From the NCBI GenBank assembly GCA_977018835.1, contig OZ361261.1, positions 868,001 to 932,000 on the forward strand: 64,000 nucleotides of DNA, written 5' to 3'. How positions within the stretch are numbered: position 1 is the first letter of the stretch; the number at the start of each line of letters is the position of its first letter. Positions 22,481-34,040 of this stretch are shown here, in pieces. The translations under genes were made by a program, and so were the position numbers. A model generated the notes under the pieces. The model searched no databases and was not told the origin of the DNA. It worked only from the letters and a program-made list of their open reading frames with translations. The DNA is from Minutocellus sp. GHC0000111 (Eukaryota).

Positions 22481-23413
22481 ATGGCCAAGAAGTCCAGCAA
22501 GAGCAGCAACGATGATGCTGCCTCCTCAGGAGGCGTAATGATGATTCTGAGTCCAGCCAAGACTCTTGACCTGAGCCAGTTCGAAGCTCCTTCGGATGAT
22601 GCTTTCCCAGCCCTCTCAACTCCAGATTGTGACACCTCTAAAACCAAGGTGGTCGCCGAAGCGATGAAGGCACGGAGTAAGAAGGAGCTGGAGAAGCTCC
22701 TGGGAATATCAGCCAACCTGACCGAAAAATCACACCAGTACTGGACCGACTTCGACCCATCTGGTGCCGATGAGGACAATACCAAACCAGCAATCTTCTC
22801 ATTCTCGGGTGCCGCTTACCAAGGATTGGATATTGCAACTGTCGACTCGGTCGAGGCCCTGCAATACATGCAGAACAACCTGAGGATCGTCGAACCGTTG
22901 TATGGAGCGCTTCGTCCGTTGGATATGATGCAGCCCTACCGTCTGGAAATGGCCACCAAGAATGCTTTGGACAAGAAGAAGATGGTCGGGGCCAAGGATT
23001 TGGCAACCTGGTGGAGCAAAGCGGTCACGAAATCCATTAGTCAAGATCTCGAGGGACGAGATGTGAAGATATTGTTGAATGTCGCAAGTGACGAATACAG
23101 CGCCGCCGTGGACGCTGCAGGTCTACCAGAGGGCACAAAGTACATCAAAGCCGTCTTTCAACAGGAAGGGCGCGTTATTGCTATTCATGCCAAGCGAGCG
23201 CGCGGTCTCATGGTTAGATATCTGTCTGAGAATGGAGTCCAGGACGTTGATGGTATTAGAGACTTCAATGCCGAGGGCTGGAAGTATGTCAAATCCAAGT
23301 CAACTGATGATAGCATTGTGTTTGATCGACCAAAGCCGGCTGCCAAGCCTAAGAAGAAGGCACCTGCCAAGTCCAAAACTGCTCCCAAGGCAAAGAAGGC
23401 CAAGACAAAGTAA
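22481..23413 (+). CDS. yaaA: YaaA / UPF0246 (DUF328) peroxide-stress protein with a Lys-rich C-terminal tail
   Basis: ILSPAKTLD, GAAYQGLD, LYGALRPLD..PYRLEM, NVASDEYS, AKRARGLMVRY. Confidence 0.9.
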   Translation: MAKKSSKSSNDDAASSGGVMMILSPAKTLDLSQFEAPSDDAFPALSTPDCDTSKTKVVAEAMKARSKKELEKLLGISANLTEKSHQYWTDFDPSGADEDNTKPAIFSFSGAAYQGLDIATVDSVEALQYMQNNLRIVEPLYGALRPLDMMQPYRLEMATKNALDKKKMVGAKDLATWWSKAVTKSISQDLEGRDVKILLNVASDEYSAAVDAAGLPEGTKYIKAVFQQEGRVIAIHAKRARGLMVRYLSENGVQDVDGIRDFNAEGWKYVKSKSTDDSIVFDRPKPAAKPKKKAPAKSKTAPKAKKAKTK

Positions 23414-23451
23414 ACGAACTGCGTAGATCTAATTGGCTAGCTTGGGAATTA

Positions 23452-24282
23452 CTACTTTCTCTTTGTTTTCGGGATATCTCTCTTGAATGCTCTTTGCAAT
23501 GCTTGGATGACCTTCATGCTCCAAAATAGATTCAATGCATAACCCAGCCCCAAACCCACGGCAACAAAATGCAAACCTCTGTTCGACTTCCATTCACCAT
23601 AGGACCATGTCAAATCTAACATCCCGAGGCCGTAACCGAGCACTCTCGTTAGTAAAAAGGTAGAGGCAAACAGCAACGATGACAAAAAGTATCCCCGCCC
23701 TTCCTTCACGTTGCTTGCCGCGTAGAACCACCGGATATTAAGAAATGGCGTTGATAGCTCCGTAAACGAAAGCCACGCAAACGGCTTCTTGAAATAAGTG
23801 CCGGATAGTACAAAGTGCGTCACCGAGATGAACAATAAGTGATGAATGACCGCACTCATGTCGTGTTGCTCCCTCCGATGCCATACCAGCCAAATCAAAT
23901 CCCAATGCAAATACCCGACAAAGAATGATGCAAAGAGACACGGGTAGGACCAAATGTTGTCCGGTTGGCCGATCCACCCCTCGGAATTCGGTCGGTACGG
24001 CCACTCGAGGAAGCACAGGACACTGCCACCGATGAGCAGGATTGCATTTATTGTGGCGAGAATGCGCGATCGCCACTCCGTCTCATTGGCATAGCTTAGG
24101 GATCCTTTTGCCGGCTGCAACAGCAATGTTGATCGGAGAATGAAATAGAGGATGGCGTATGTGATTGTGGTGCCAAGGACCAGATTTTGGCATCGTTGTT
24201 CTTGTTGGAGAGTCAAGTACAGAAGACCACCACAAACGACGGAACTCTCGATAATCTTGCTGATGGGTACGGGTGGGGCCAT
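23452..24282 (-). CDS. TLC (TRAM/LAG1/CLN8) domain membrane protein
   Basis: Multiple TM segments; GYLHWDL, VIHHL, ELSTPFLNIRW, FLLTR, LNLFW. Confidence 0.85.
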   Translation of the reverse strand: MAPPVPISKIIESSVVCGGLLYLTLQQEQRCQNLVLGTTITYAILYFILRSTLLLQPAKGSLSYANETEWRSRILATINAILLIGGSVLCFLEWPYRPNSEGWIGQPDNIWSYPCLFASFFVGYLHWDLIWLVWHRREQHDMSAVIHHLLFISVTHFVLSGTYFKKPFAWLSFTELSTPFLNIRWFYAASNVKEGRGYFLSSLLFASTFLLTRVLGYGLGMLDLTWSYGEWKSNRGLHFVAVGLGLGYALNLFWSMKVIQALQRAFKRDIPKTKRK

Positions 24283-24843
24283 CTTGCCTCCTTTTGCATT
24301 TCCTACGAGCTCGGCTTGTGGATTGTGGATGGCGCGCCATGCTGGCTGGCTGTGCGTGAGCTGTGGCTACATGTACCTAGGTACGGCTGGAAAAAAGCAG
24401 CATCTATCTCGCAGGCTTGACTTTCTGGTGCGCATCACAACTTCAAGATAAGAGGCCTTGACAAAAAAACACAAAAACTCCTTTTGTGTCAAGTACCGAT
24501 AATTGTTTGCGATGGCCTTCTTCTTTGGCTTGGAGGCGGCGTCGTTGTGCCACGTGTTTCGAAAGAAAAGAAGGGCCTCATTGCTTCGAAAAAAATAACG
24601 TGGACAAAGCATGCAGTCAAGTTGTGTTTCATGTTTTTTTAGTGTTGGCGATGCAGGCTCGCAAAGATACGCGATGGGATGAAACGACGCACGTCTTGTG
24701 TCGGCCGCCCCCGAACCACCGATTGACCAGGTGTAAGTTGACAACTTAGGAGGATTCGGCGCAAGAAAGAGCAAAAACGGCAAGGAACTTCGTTCGAAAT
24801 CAACGAAAAACCGTGCACGTGGTTTTTGTACCAGAGGCTACGG

Positions 24844-27800
24844 CAAGAGCACATAACAAAAAATAGGGTGGTGCACGCATGGCAGAAAGCAAGGGAAAAA
24901 TTCCACCATGTTCGGCACTCTTTTTTTTGGGTGATTGTGGATGACGTTAATTTCTGGCCCAAGCGCGCATCTTTCATCTTCAACGCGCACCGCGCAAATA
25001 CTACTACTACGCCATAAGCCGAAGGGCTGCTTCGTCGTGTCGCCCACATCCCCCTTCCGGCGGAACGAGCCGCCATGGCGTGCAGGTGCCCTCTTGCGTG
25101 GTGCCTGCAACAAGTACGCCGATCCGGCGGCGTTGTTGCCTAAGCAAATGGGCGATTGCTTGCCCACCGTCAGCGCGAGCTGCCGCCGCCGCCCCCTCCC
25201 GTCGTACTTATTGCCGCCAACTGGCAGGTCCGGTGCTTTTGTATTGATCAACCCATCGGTTCCGGCGTGCTGCCCATCGAGATGTGAGAAACATTCTGTT
25301 CGTGAATTTATTCATGTGAGGGCATCTATGGACGGTTCTTGGCTGGGCATCATGTATTCATTCTCCCGAATCATACTGAGTTCAGCTGGTAATGGTAGCA
25401 CGGTCGACAATGGCGGCAGCCGATGTGGCCGACAAGGGACCTTGCGTCCGTATCTTGTCAGCCCCTTTTGCCGCTGGAGTCACCCGCTTTCCATTTCTTG
25501 CTTTGCTAAGTTTGTGTACAGATACGAATATTTACATTATTTTATGTGCATTTTTCAACATCTACCTCAAAATCTAACTTCTTTGCTCCACTTGTCGCCT
25601 TCAATTTTGCTCGCAAGGCCATGTCGGCTTTATCAATCTGCTGCTCATTGTATCGTCGCGTCGCTTCTCCAGCGCGTGCATGGAAGGCTTTCTTGACAAT
25701 CTTGGTGAATATTATCTTCTTTTCGCCTTCCGGTAAGTCAATATCGTTTTCTGCTTTGTTGAATAGTCCCCACAAGTCTTCGTCGCTGATGATGGTCTTG
25801 TATCACCGACTCCAGACGATTCCATGACACTGCTACCTCCGTGGTGTCGCCTTCGTAGTTTGGGTTGGATTCGTTCATAATCTGGATGCTGTCTTGAGAG
25901 TTGATGGCTGTTATTGCGGACGGATAGTTGTGGACAGAGTCGCCGCCCAAGTATCGAATGTGTGAGAAGGTAGCTTCAAGCGATGACTGGTTGGCATGGG
26001 AGGAATTTTACGTACGAGGGAGGGTTCGGTAGCAGGAAGACGAGTCGGCAGTATTGAAAGAAGCCGCAAACACCAATCCGAAGGTTTTTGTACGTGGTGG
26101 TAGAAATAAAGGACCGCTCCCACGCAGGGTTGCCTTGTTGCTTGAGCTGCAAAGAGGCGAGTCGCCAAGCCTCGAAGTACTCCAAAGCAGACCTAGTCTC
26201 TTTCTCGTTCTCGTCGATGTTGTCTGGGGTGACACTGACCTCGCCATTCAAAAAGTTTTCAATAAAAATAGTCCCGACATGAAAGTTGTACTCTACGTGA
26301 GCCAGGTCTTGCCGTAGCTGTTGAAAGTTGGCGTCGCCTAGGCGCTCGCCTAGGCGCTCCGCAGCGGCCGCGAGCTTGACTTTGAGGGCCTCGATCCTTC
26401 TTCTTGCGAGGGCTTGGCCTTGAACCTCACCTCCACCCTCTCCACTGCTCCTTAGCTCGTCCAAGCAGCCAAGCTCACTTCCAATGTAAAAAATATTTTC
26501 GTCTCTAGTGTCTGGGTCAAAGACGGCCTTTGCAAGGGCCACTCTCATCTTCTCCCACTTGTTTGGCTGAACCGCTGCTGGCGTGAGCTTGGTCTTTCTG
26601 GCGGACCGCTTCTGGTCCCGCACCAGGCACCTCTCGATGCTCTCCAGGCCAAAAGCCACTCCCTCTGTGGTCACAAAAGTTCTCTTTTTAGCACCAGGGG
26701 TGACTGAGCTGTTGCTGAAGGCGTTTCGCTGTGACTTGAGGCCGTGGGTCGCACACAGAAAAACACTGCGACGCTTCGGCTTGGGCAGGCAGGGCTCGCA
26801 AACGTCACCAGCTCCGCCGAAACCCAGGCGGCGTCGCCGACCTTTTGCCCTCCTCTCAAGAGGGAGCAGAGGCGACTGTTGCCCCCTCCAGCATCCAGGC
26901 ACACCCCCAGGACCTTGGCGCCGGCAAGCTCGACCCCGCCGTGGACTTGGTGCGTGAGCTGCCGGAGGAGCTCGTCGCCACAGAGACCCACCGTTGAAGA
27001 AGAAGTTGAGGAGAAAAGTCCTTCCGTAGACGGAGCGAAACTTCCACTGGTTCACGTAGGTGGCTGGCTTGCTCGTCCCTCCTGCAACAAGGGCGTCGCC
27101 AGCGCTGGCGTCGCTGTCGCCCCTCAGGATGGCCCGCAAGTCGTCTTGGAGCTCGACCTTCCCCTCAACGCCAACGAGTCCAACCGCCTCGTGCGTGGCA
27201 GTGTTCCAGGCAACGCCAGACTTGATCTTGATCTCGTCGCACATCAAGTGGCCAGCCAGGCCCTTTTCTCCGTGGCTGCTGCGCTCCCTCGAGAGACAAA
27301 GGCGTCGCCAAGCCAGCTAAAGACTTCAGGGCAGAGGCCGTCCGAAACAGCAACTTTTGCCTTGAGTCGCTTCAAAGTGGAGGCCGATGGCACAACCATG
27401 AGCCCTGAGTCCTGGAGGACCTTGTAGGCTGCAGGGCTCCTCATCCAGAGGCCCAGCGAAAGTCGCACCACCCTGGGAGAAAAACGCGCCGTGCGGGGCC
27501 TCCCTGCAAGCTGGCGAGCTGAGTTTTGAATCTCACCCAAAATGAAGCCCACCAGGTCGCCGACTGCAGCCGTCTGGTCCAGAGCCAGCTCAGCTGCATC
27601 GCCGGCAGCGTCCTTGACAGCCTCCTTGGCGAGCTCCTCCAAGAGCACTGACCTCGCCGAACGAAGCATGGTCGCTGCCAACGTGGTCAGCAGCCGTCTT
27701 GAAGAGGTCAAGCATGACGCCGTCCTTCTCGAGGTCAAAAGCGACTTTGCAAGCATCACTCTCCAGCTTTGTCTTGGCGCAGCGCAGGCGGTCCCTGGTG

Positions 27801-29373
27801 GAGCGGGCAGCTTTCCGTTGGTTCTGCTGGCGCTCCTTCAGCCTCGTCGGGGTCAGGTGCTTGATCGGAGCTCGGCTGCTGGCGCCGACCTGCTTGGCGC
27901 GATTCAGTTGCTTCCTGTTCTCCCGTCGGAGGAAGTTTTTCCTTTCAGTCGAGCACGGACCACACAAAATGCCATCCCGCTCGAATTCACCTAAGGAGAC
28001 CAGCCCACACGAAGCGTCGCCGAACGACGGACAAAAATTGACCCAACTCCTTTCTCCTAGCTTTACGCTAGCAAAATACCGATGGCTGCCCCGCAAAATA
28101 CGCATTGCTGCCTGACCCTCCATGGACGCAACAAATCCCTCTCCTTGCATGCTGTGCATTCGCACCAGTGAAGCAGTCAAGTCCAAGTCGGCGGCGGATG
28201 GCAGCACCAAGCCAACCTCGTCGTACAGCCGAGGATATTTATCAGGACTGATAGCAGAAAATACGGTTGCACAGCCATCACACACGTCCACCGGAGCCTC
28301 GGAAGTTGCACCAATAAATATCGAACAGTCCGGGCTCCGCCATGCTCCATCCTTTTGCGTGAAAGAGAAGTATTTGGAACACACTCCACGACCAATGTCT
28401 CCAGCTTGCAGCACGCTCAACAACTGAGGATGGCCACCAATACCGGACCGACACGCATCATAGATTGGCACTACGCCAGATCCATCGCCACCGCCAGCAC
28501 CGGTGGAACCACCACTAATGCCTGTGGTGTCACACGCCGGTGTAATCGGAGCGGCCGCCCCATTGCCAACCTTCGCTTTCTTGGGGGTCTTGTGCGTTCC
28601 CAAAGGGACCGACGGATGTTGGTCCGCCTCCAAGAGCCGCTTGACGCTGGCTGCCGACCGAGAGCTTTTGCCACCGAGCACCATCATCAAGGATCGGGAC
28701 TGATCGATAGTATGGTCTGGAGGCCAGAAATATTTACCATTGAACTCGTTGATGGCTTCTGCAAAACCGTGTCTCTTTGCAATCTCCGCAGGAACGGGCG
28801 TTGTCGGAAAATGGCTCTTGCCGTCTGTTTCTCCAGCAAAGTATTGAAGCGCGTCAGCAGAGAAATGATGCTTCGCAATCTCGTACCTCTCAACATCAAA
28901 TTTGAATCCAGATAAAGTGAGATTCTTCTTCAGAACTGCCTGGTATTTTTTACTCTTGTCACTATCTTTCAATCTGAACTGACGAACCCGCCGCTTCTGA
29001 TGTTGTTGTGAGACTCGTCGATAATGCGACGTATCTTGTCGCAATCGTCATGCCTGCACAGGCATTTCCTGGCACCAGCAGGGGTGCCGCTGCTCATGAC
29101 CGCGGCAACCAAAGGGTACACGACAGGTGATGTGCATCCGCGGTCGATGCTCGCGAAAAGAAGAACCGATGCCGGCCAATAAGTACAATGGAGGACAAGT
29201 TCCGACGCGTGGCGCGTGCGCGCAAAGGAGGGTTGGAATTTTCGATGTGCGCGCGCGCAAGGCGCTTGGGCCAGAATTAAGGATTCCACATTCACACCAA
29301 AAAAAAGAGTGCCGAACATGGTGAGCGCAAAAGCGCGCGCGTGGACCACCCTGTTATTTGTTATGTGCTCTTG
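24844..29373 (-). mobile_element. Full-length P-superfamily DNA transposon (4530 bp)
   Basis: Inverted termini CAAGAGCACATAACAAA(A/T)AA(T/C)AGGGTGGT(G/C)CACGC. Further subterminal inverted blocks (caccatgttcggcactctttttt; ttctggcccaagcgc). Identical 8-bp flanks GGCTACGG at 24836-24843 and 29374-29381. Confidence 0.93.
25542..29098 (-). pseudogene. P-element/THAP9-like transposase, split by several small frameshifts
   Basis: CDEIKIKSG (first D), CLDAGGGN (second D), CATHGLKSQRN, WEKMRVALAKAVF, NQSSLEATFSHIR (E). N-terminal CLCRHDDC...HHF...PVP is THAP-like. Confidence 0.85.
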
Positions 29374-29857
29374 GGCTACGGGAGGCAAGCCTGCCGTGCT
29401 GGCAGTTTATGTTCGTATTCATTTCTGTATAAAAATTAATGTTTCCAATGACGCCGGCTCGCTCGAAATCGTTGATTTTTTTTGCTTTTCACTCTCTTCT
29501 TTCTTATTTTTTGACCGGTCCAAAGGTTTTCAAAGTAAAGAGAGTGGCACTCAAGCACTTTCCGAAATTTTTTCACACACAAGCCCCGCCTCCAAGTGCG
29601 CCCTGCGTGCGGGCTGCTGCGTGCTGATTGAGCAGAAACCAGGCAGCAGCAACATTCAACTCACTCGATCGTCTTCTACGTCGTAACTCACTCGTCTCCA
29701 CATCAACTACCTAGGTACTACGTGGCTCGAGGTGCACCCTTGTCTGGTTCTCTGCCGCATTCTCCTTGAATTGTGACGGAGGTGGCTCATTCGAATCATC
29801 GAATCGGATACACATCACACCGCACAAGTCCCGAGGCAAAGCAAAGAAGGCCTAATA

Positions 29858-32800
29858 ATGTGGCCGAGAGAGAATAAAATGGATCCCGACCATGATCATG
29901 ATCAGGAGCACCGTGAAACGTTGCACAAAACGACAAAATGCTACCGAAAAGGCGGCACGAACGACGACCGAATGTACGATGAACTGACCTCCAACGATTT
30001 CAGCACGTCCCAACGCATCGGTTCGGTCGAGGTGGTTCCGCCCAATTCTCTGCCGAGTGACTCGCCGTATGCACCCAGCGGTCCCGACAGAGAGATTGGC
30101 CTTCTTCGGATATCGTCCATCTTGGCCTTTGCGTCCTCTCGGTTAGACGAAGACGGAAATGTCCAGCTCGTACCAAGAGGAAATGCAGGTATCGGCATAT
30201 ATGGCGACATTGCGGGTGCTTTGCTGGGGATGCATCATTTCAATAATGGAATCGGATCGGTGGTTGCAGAGGTAGACGGTATAAACCAAACCTGCCTCAT
30301 CCGTTTCATCGCGGATTTTTACGACTCGGAATCATCGCAGGTCACGGCCGTCGACGTTTTCTCCCGACAGATTTTGGAGAGTCCCGACCGTCCTCCCTCG
30401 GCCCTGTTCGGTGCGTGGCGTTCGGCTGTCTCAGTGCCGCTTGGTATTCTCACCGGCGTTTATGCCATACCGCAGGTCAGCCCGTTATCTACTTCCACAG
30501 AACTCGACGATGTGACTCAGTACACCCACTTTATTCGTCTCATCCCGTCCGATGCTGGTACGGCGCTTGCTGCTGTGGACTACTTCCGCGACAGATCGCC
30601 AGACTTGCGACACTTGGGCATGTTGTACGTGAACGACGCCTATGGCAGTGCCTTCCATCAAGCCATTGTCGAGAGCGCACAGGCCATTATGCCCGAAGAA
30701 GAGCGCATCACCGTCCGAGGCATTCCATTCTCTTACAGCAATTCCATCCTCAATCCAGAAGAAATCAATGTAGCAGTCAAGACCTTGGCAGAATCCGGCT
30801 TTCGTGTCTTCTTTGGGGTGTTCTATGACGAGCACTACGAGATCGTGATGAAAGCGGCCATTGAGTATGGCATCGCCGGGCCCGGATATGTATGGATTTT
30901 GGGCGATGGCGTGAGCGAAACATTGTTGAACAACAAGTCTTACGCCGCTGATTCACCTCTGGCCATTGCCAGCCAAGGTGTCGGTATCCTCAAAGCCGAG
31001 GGAGGGCGTGAAACAACAGAAGGAAACACTGGGTATGATCGCTTCGTAAAGGCATGGTACAGCCAGGGCAACGACGCCGTTGGCTACTACAATTCCGTAG
31101 GCCACCCAGCCGACAACACTGTTAATGATCCTTCTATTTATTATCAAGCGGAAGCAGGTTTCTTCGAGAATGGAATCCTTCCTCCAACGGCCGGCGCAAC
31201 TTTTATTTATGACTCCGTCATGGCCATGGGTCTCACAGCTTGTGGCCTCGTGAAGGAGAAGGGAAGTGCCTACTTTACCGGGACGGAGCTCTTTGATGGC
31301 TTTGTCCAACAGAACTTCGAGGGCGCCTCAGGCAATGTGGCCATAGATCCCGCCACGACATCGCGAGACCCGAAATCCGCATTTTTTGTGCTGTACAATA
31401 CAAATGGCGAGACCAAAGATGGGACGACGACCTTTGCAGTGGAGACAGTATCCCACACAGCTCGGACGCAAGATCCAAATGCCACACTCATTTCATGGGT
31501 GAACATGGACGGGATGGGGTATGTGTACAGTGATGGAACTACCACCTTTCCACAGCCGCTCCCGACTCTGGAGCACAATTACAACTACCTCGGCCCTGGG
31601 GTTCGAGGTGCTGGTTTGGCTCTAGCTGGCTTAGTCTTTGTCACAGCAATATTCTTTGCATTGTGGTCAACTCGGTATCGAGCAACGCGTGTAGTACGAG
31701 CAAGTCAGCCCATGTTTCTACACATGATTATTGCTGGAACAGTGCTCATGGCAGCCACCATCATTACGCTTAGCTTTGATGATCAAGTTGCTAGTCAGGC
31801 GGGTTGTGACATCGCCTGCGCACTGAATCCATGGCTCATAACTTATGGATTTGTGATCTCTTTTTGTAAGTCCATCGGTCTTTTGTTGTCGCGTATATTG
31901 TTTCTTCTTGGATATGCCACCACATACTTATTCTCAACCTCACACATTGCATGCACTATCCTTCTTTTAGCGAGCTTGTTTGCCAAGACTTGGCGCGTCA
32001 ACAAAATCTTTCACAACCCGAATTGCCGAAGGATCAAAGTTACCGTCAAGGATGTCATTCTGCCGTGTGTCGTCATGTTTGTTCTCAACACCATCGTCCT
32101 TGCTACTTGGACGGCGGTGAGTCCCCTCCGATGGACCCGAATTGATCGGGGCAATGAAGATGCTTATGGCCGAAGCACTAATTCGTACGGAACATGCTAT
32201 GCGGAAACCAAAGAATGGGCGCCGTATCTCTCTATAATTCTTGCGCTCAACTTTTCGATGGTAGTCTTAGCGAACATCCAGGCATATCGCGCCCGAAAGA
32301 TTACAACAGAATACGCCGAATCGAAGTACATTGGCATCATCATGGTATCAATCCTTCAGGCGTGCTGCATTGGACTCCCTCTGGTAGCGATTGTGTCAGA
32401 TCAACCCGTGGCGAACTTCATTCTAAGGTCGGCCTTGATTTTTGTTGTCTGCATGTCTATGCTATTATTGATGTTCGTGCCCAAGATGTTCTACCTCAAG
32501 AAGTGGAAGTCAGATAAGCTCAAGAAGGAGACGTTAAGGAAAGAAAAGGCAATAGCTAGGAAGAAGGCAATGGAACGAGCAGTTGCACTCGGATATGCAA
32601 AGAGCCAAGCTCTAAGAGCAGCGGGGATTGCAAATGCGGCGGCCGCGAATGACACCGATAAGACCACCAAAACAGGTCTCACAGTCAGCATCCGAGAAAG
32701 TGAATCAAGGAGGGTGTCCGACTTGGGAATGGGCACATCATCTCATGGAAGCGACAACAATGTGACGGAGAAGAATGACCAGGCAGTGAAGAAGTCAACG

Positions 32801-33991
32801 CCAAAACCTGCATTGAAATCTTCGGCAGTGAGTCGACGATGGAAAGCAGCCGCGGCGGCTGTAACAGCTGCCAATTCTCTATCAAGCCTAAAGAATAGCA
32901 GCGCAGCAGACGATCACGAAGATAATGTCGGCAACGGTGATAGTCAGGCTTCATTGAACATTGACGAAGAACTTGCCATTATGGACGCCGCGGAGGGTAT
33001 TCCACGAACTGCCGGTGGAGACTCATTCGAGATAGGATCTCTTGATGACGACGACGACATGTCCTTGTCAGACTTTTCAACCGCCTCTACAGTTGATGAT
33101 GGATGCATGAGAATCATCGATCACCGAAAGGTACGTAAATCTTCCACTTCTATCTTGCTTTATTTTTCATCCTCCTCCTCGGAACTAAAAGTTCACTTTC
33201 CCCCTTAATTTTATTTTATAAAACCGCCGTCCCGTCTACTCTAACAGGGAGATCCAAGAGAGATGCAATTGCTCAAAGCTCAACTTGACCACATGAACAT
33301 CGAAAAGCTCGAAATGTGTGGCAAGATTCAGGGGCTGAGGCTATTGCTGAAGAACAATGGAATAACCGATTATGATGAAGAGCTCGAATCTTTGACTGGA
33401 ATGAACAACTCGAGATTCGAAAGTGAGCGTAGCGAACGTGAAGAGTCAAACGCCGAGCAGTCTCAGACTAGCAGTATGAGAGGTCTAGAGAGGACGTACT
33501 CCGATAAGGTGTCGTCAAAGCGAGCCCAATCAAGACCTACTCTAAAAGGCTTTGCGTCCACCCGATTTAGTCCAGCCGGCGTGAAGAAAATTGCCTCTCA
33601 GTCTGTACGATTTAGCAACTCACTGAAGAAATTCGGCTCTAGCAATTCGCTAAAGGACAAAGACGGAAGCAAAGAACCGTCACCTCCAACCGTCACCAAC
33701 GGAAAGGTTGGATGGGCCATTGACATCACGCCCCCAACTGATGGGAAAGAGACGGCGAAATTGCAAGAAATGGAGGAGGGTGGAATGGTCACAAGTCTAA
33801 ATGGCATAAAAGAAGATGGCGCTGAAGACGAAGAGCAATCAACATCTTTCATGCCAAAGTCGACTCTACCACAAGCTCCCGACTTGTCACCACCGACCGA
33901 AGAAACGGCCAGAAGTACAGAAGAAACCATAACGATGAAGGCCCCATCACCTGCTCTAGCAAGCAGCGACGATCAAGATACCATTCCATAA
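29858..33991 (+). CDS. Class C (GABA-B-like) GPCR: Venus-flytrap/ANF-receptor domain + 7TM + long cytoplasmic tail; introns 31866-31970 and 33131-33247
   Basis: GAWRSAVS, PQVSPLSTSTELDD..YTHFIRLIPSD, FEGASGNV, VVRASQPMFL, SLFAKTWRVNKIF, ESKYIG, MFVPK. Both introns are GT-AG and frame-preserving. Confidence 0.9.
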
Positions 33992-34040
33992 TACATATAT
34001 ACGTTTTATTATTTTATCACTGTTTGTTATGTATGTGCTG

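Noticed and set aside
24450..29600. Older TIR element hosting the P insertion (10-bp inverted match aaatcaacga/tcgttgattt in A/T-tract flanks)
   Set aside because: The match is too short, and no termini or TSD could be defined.
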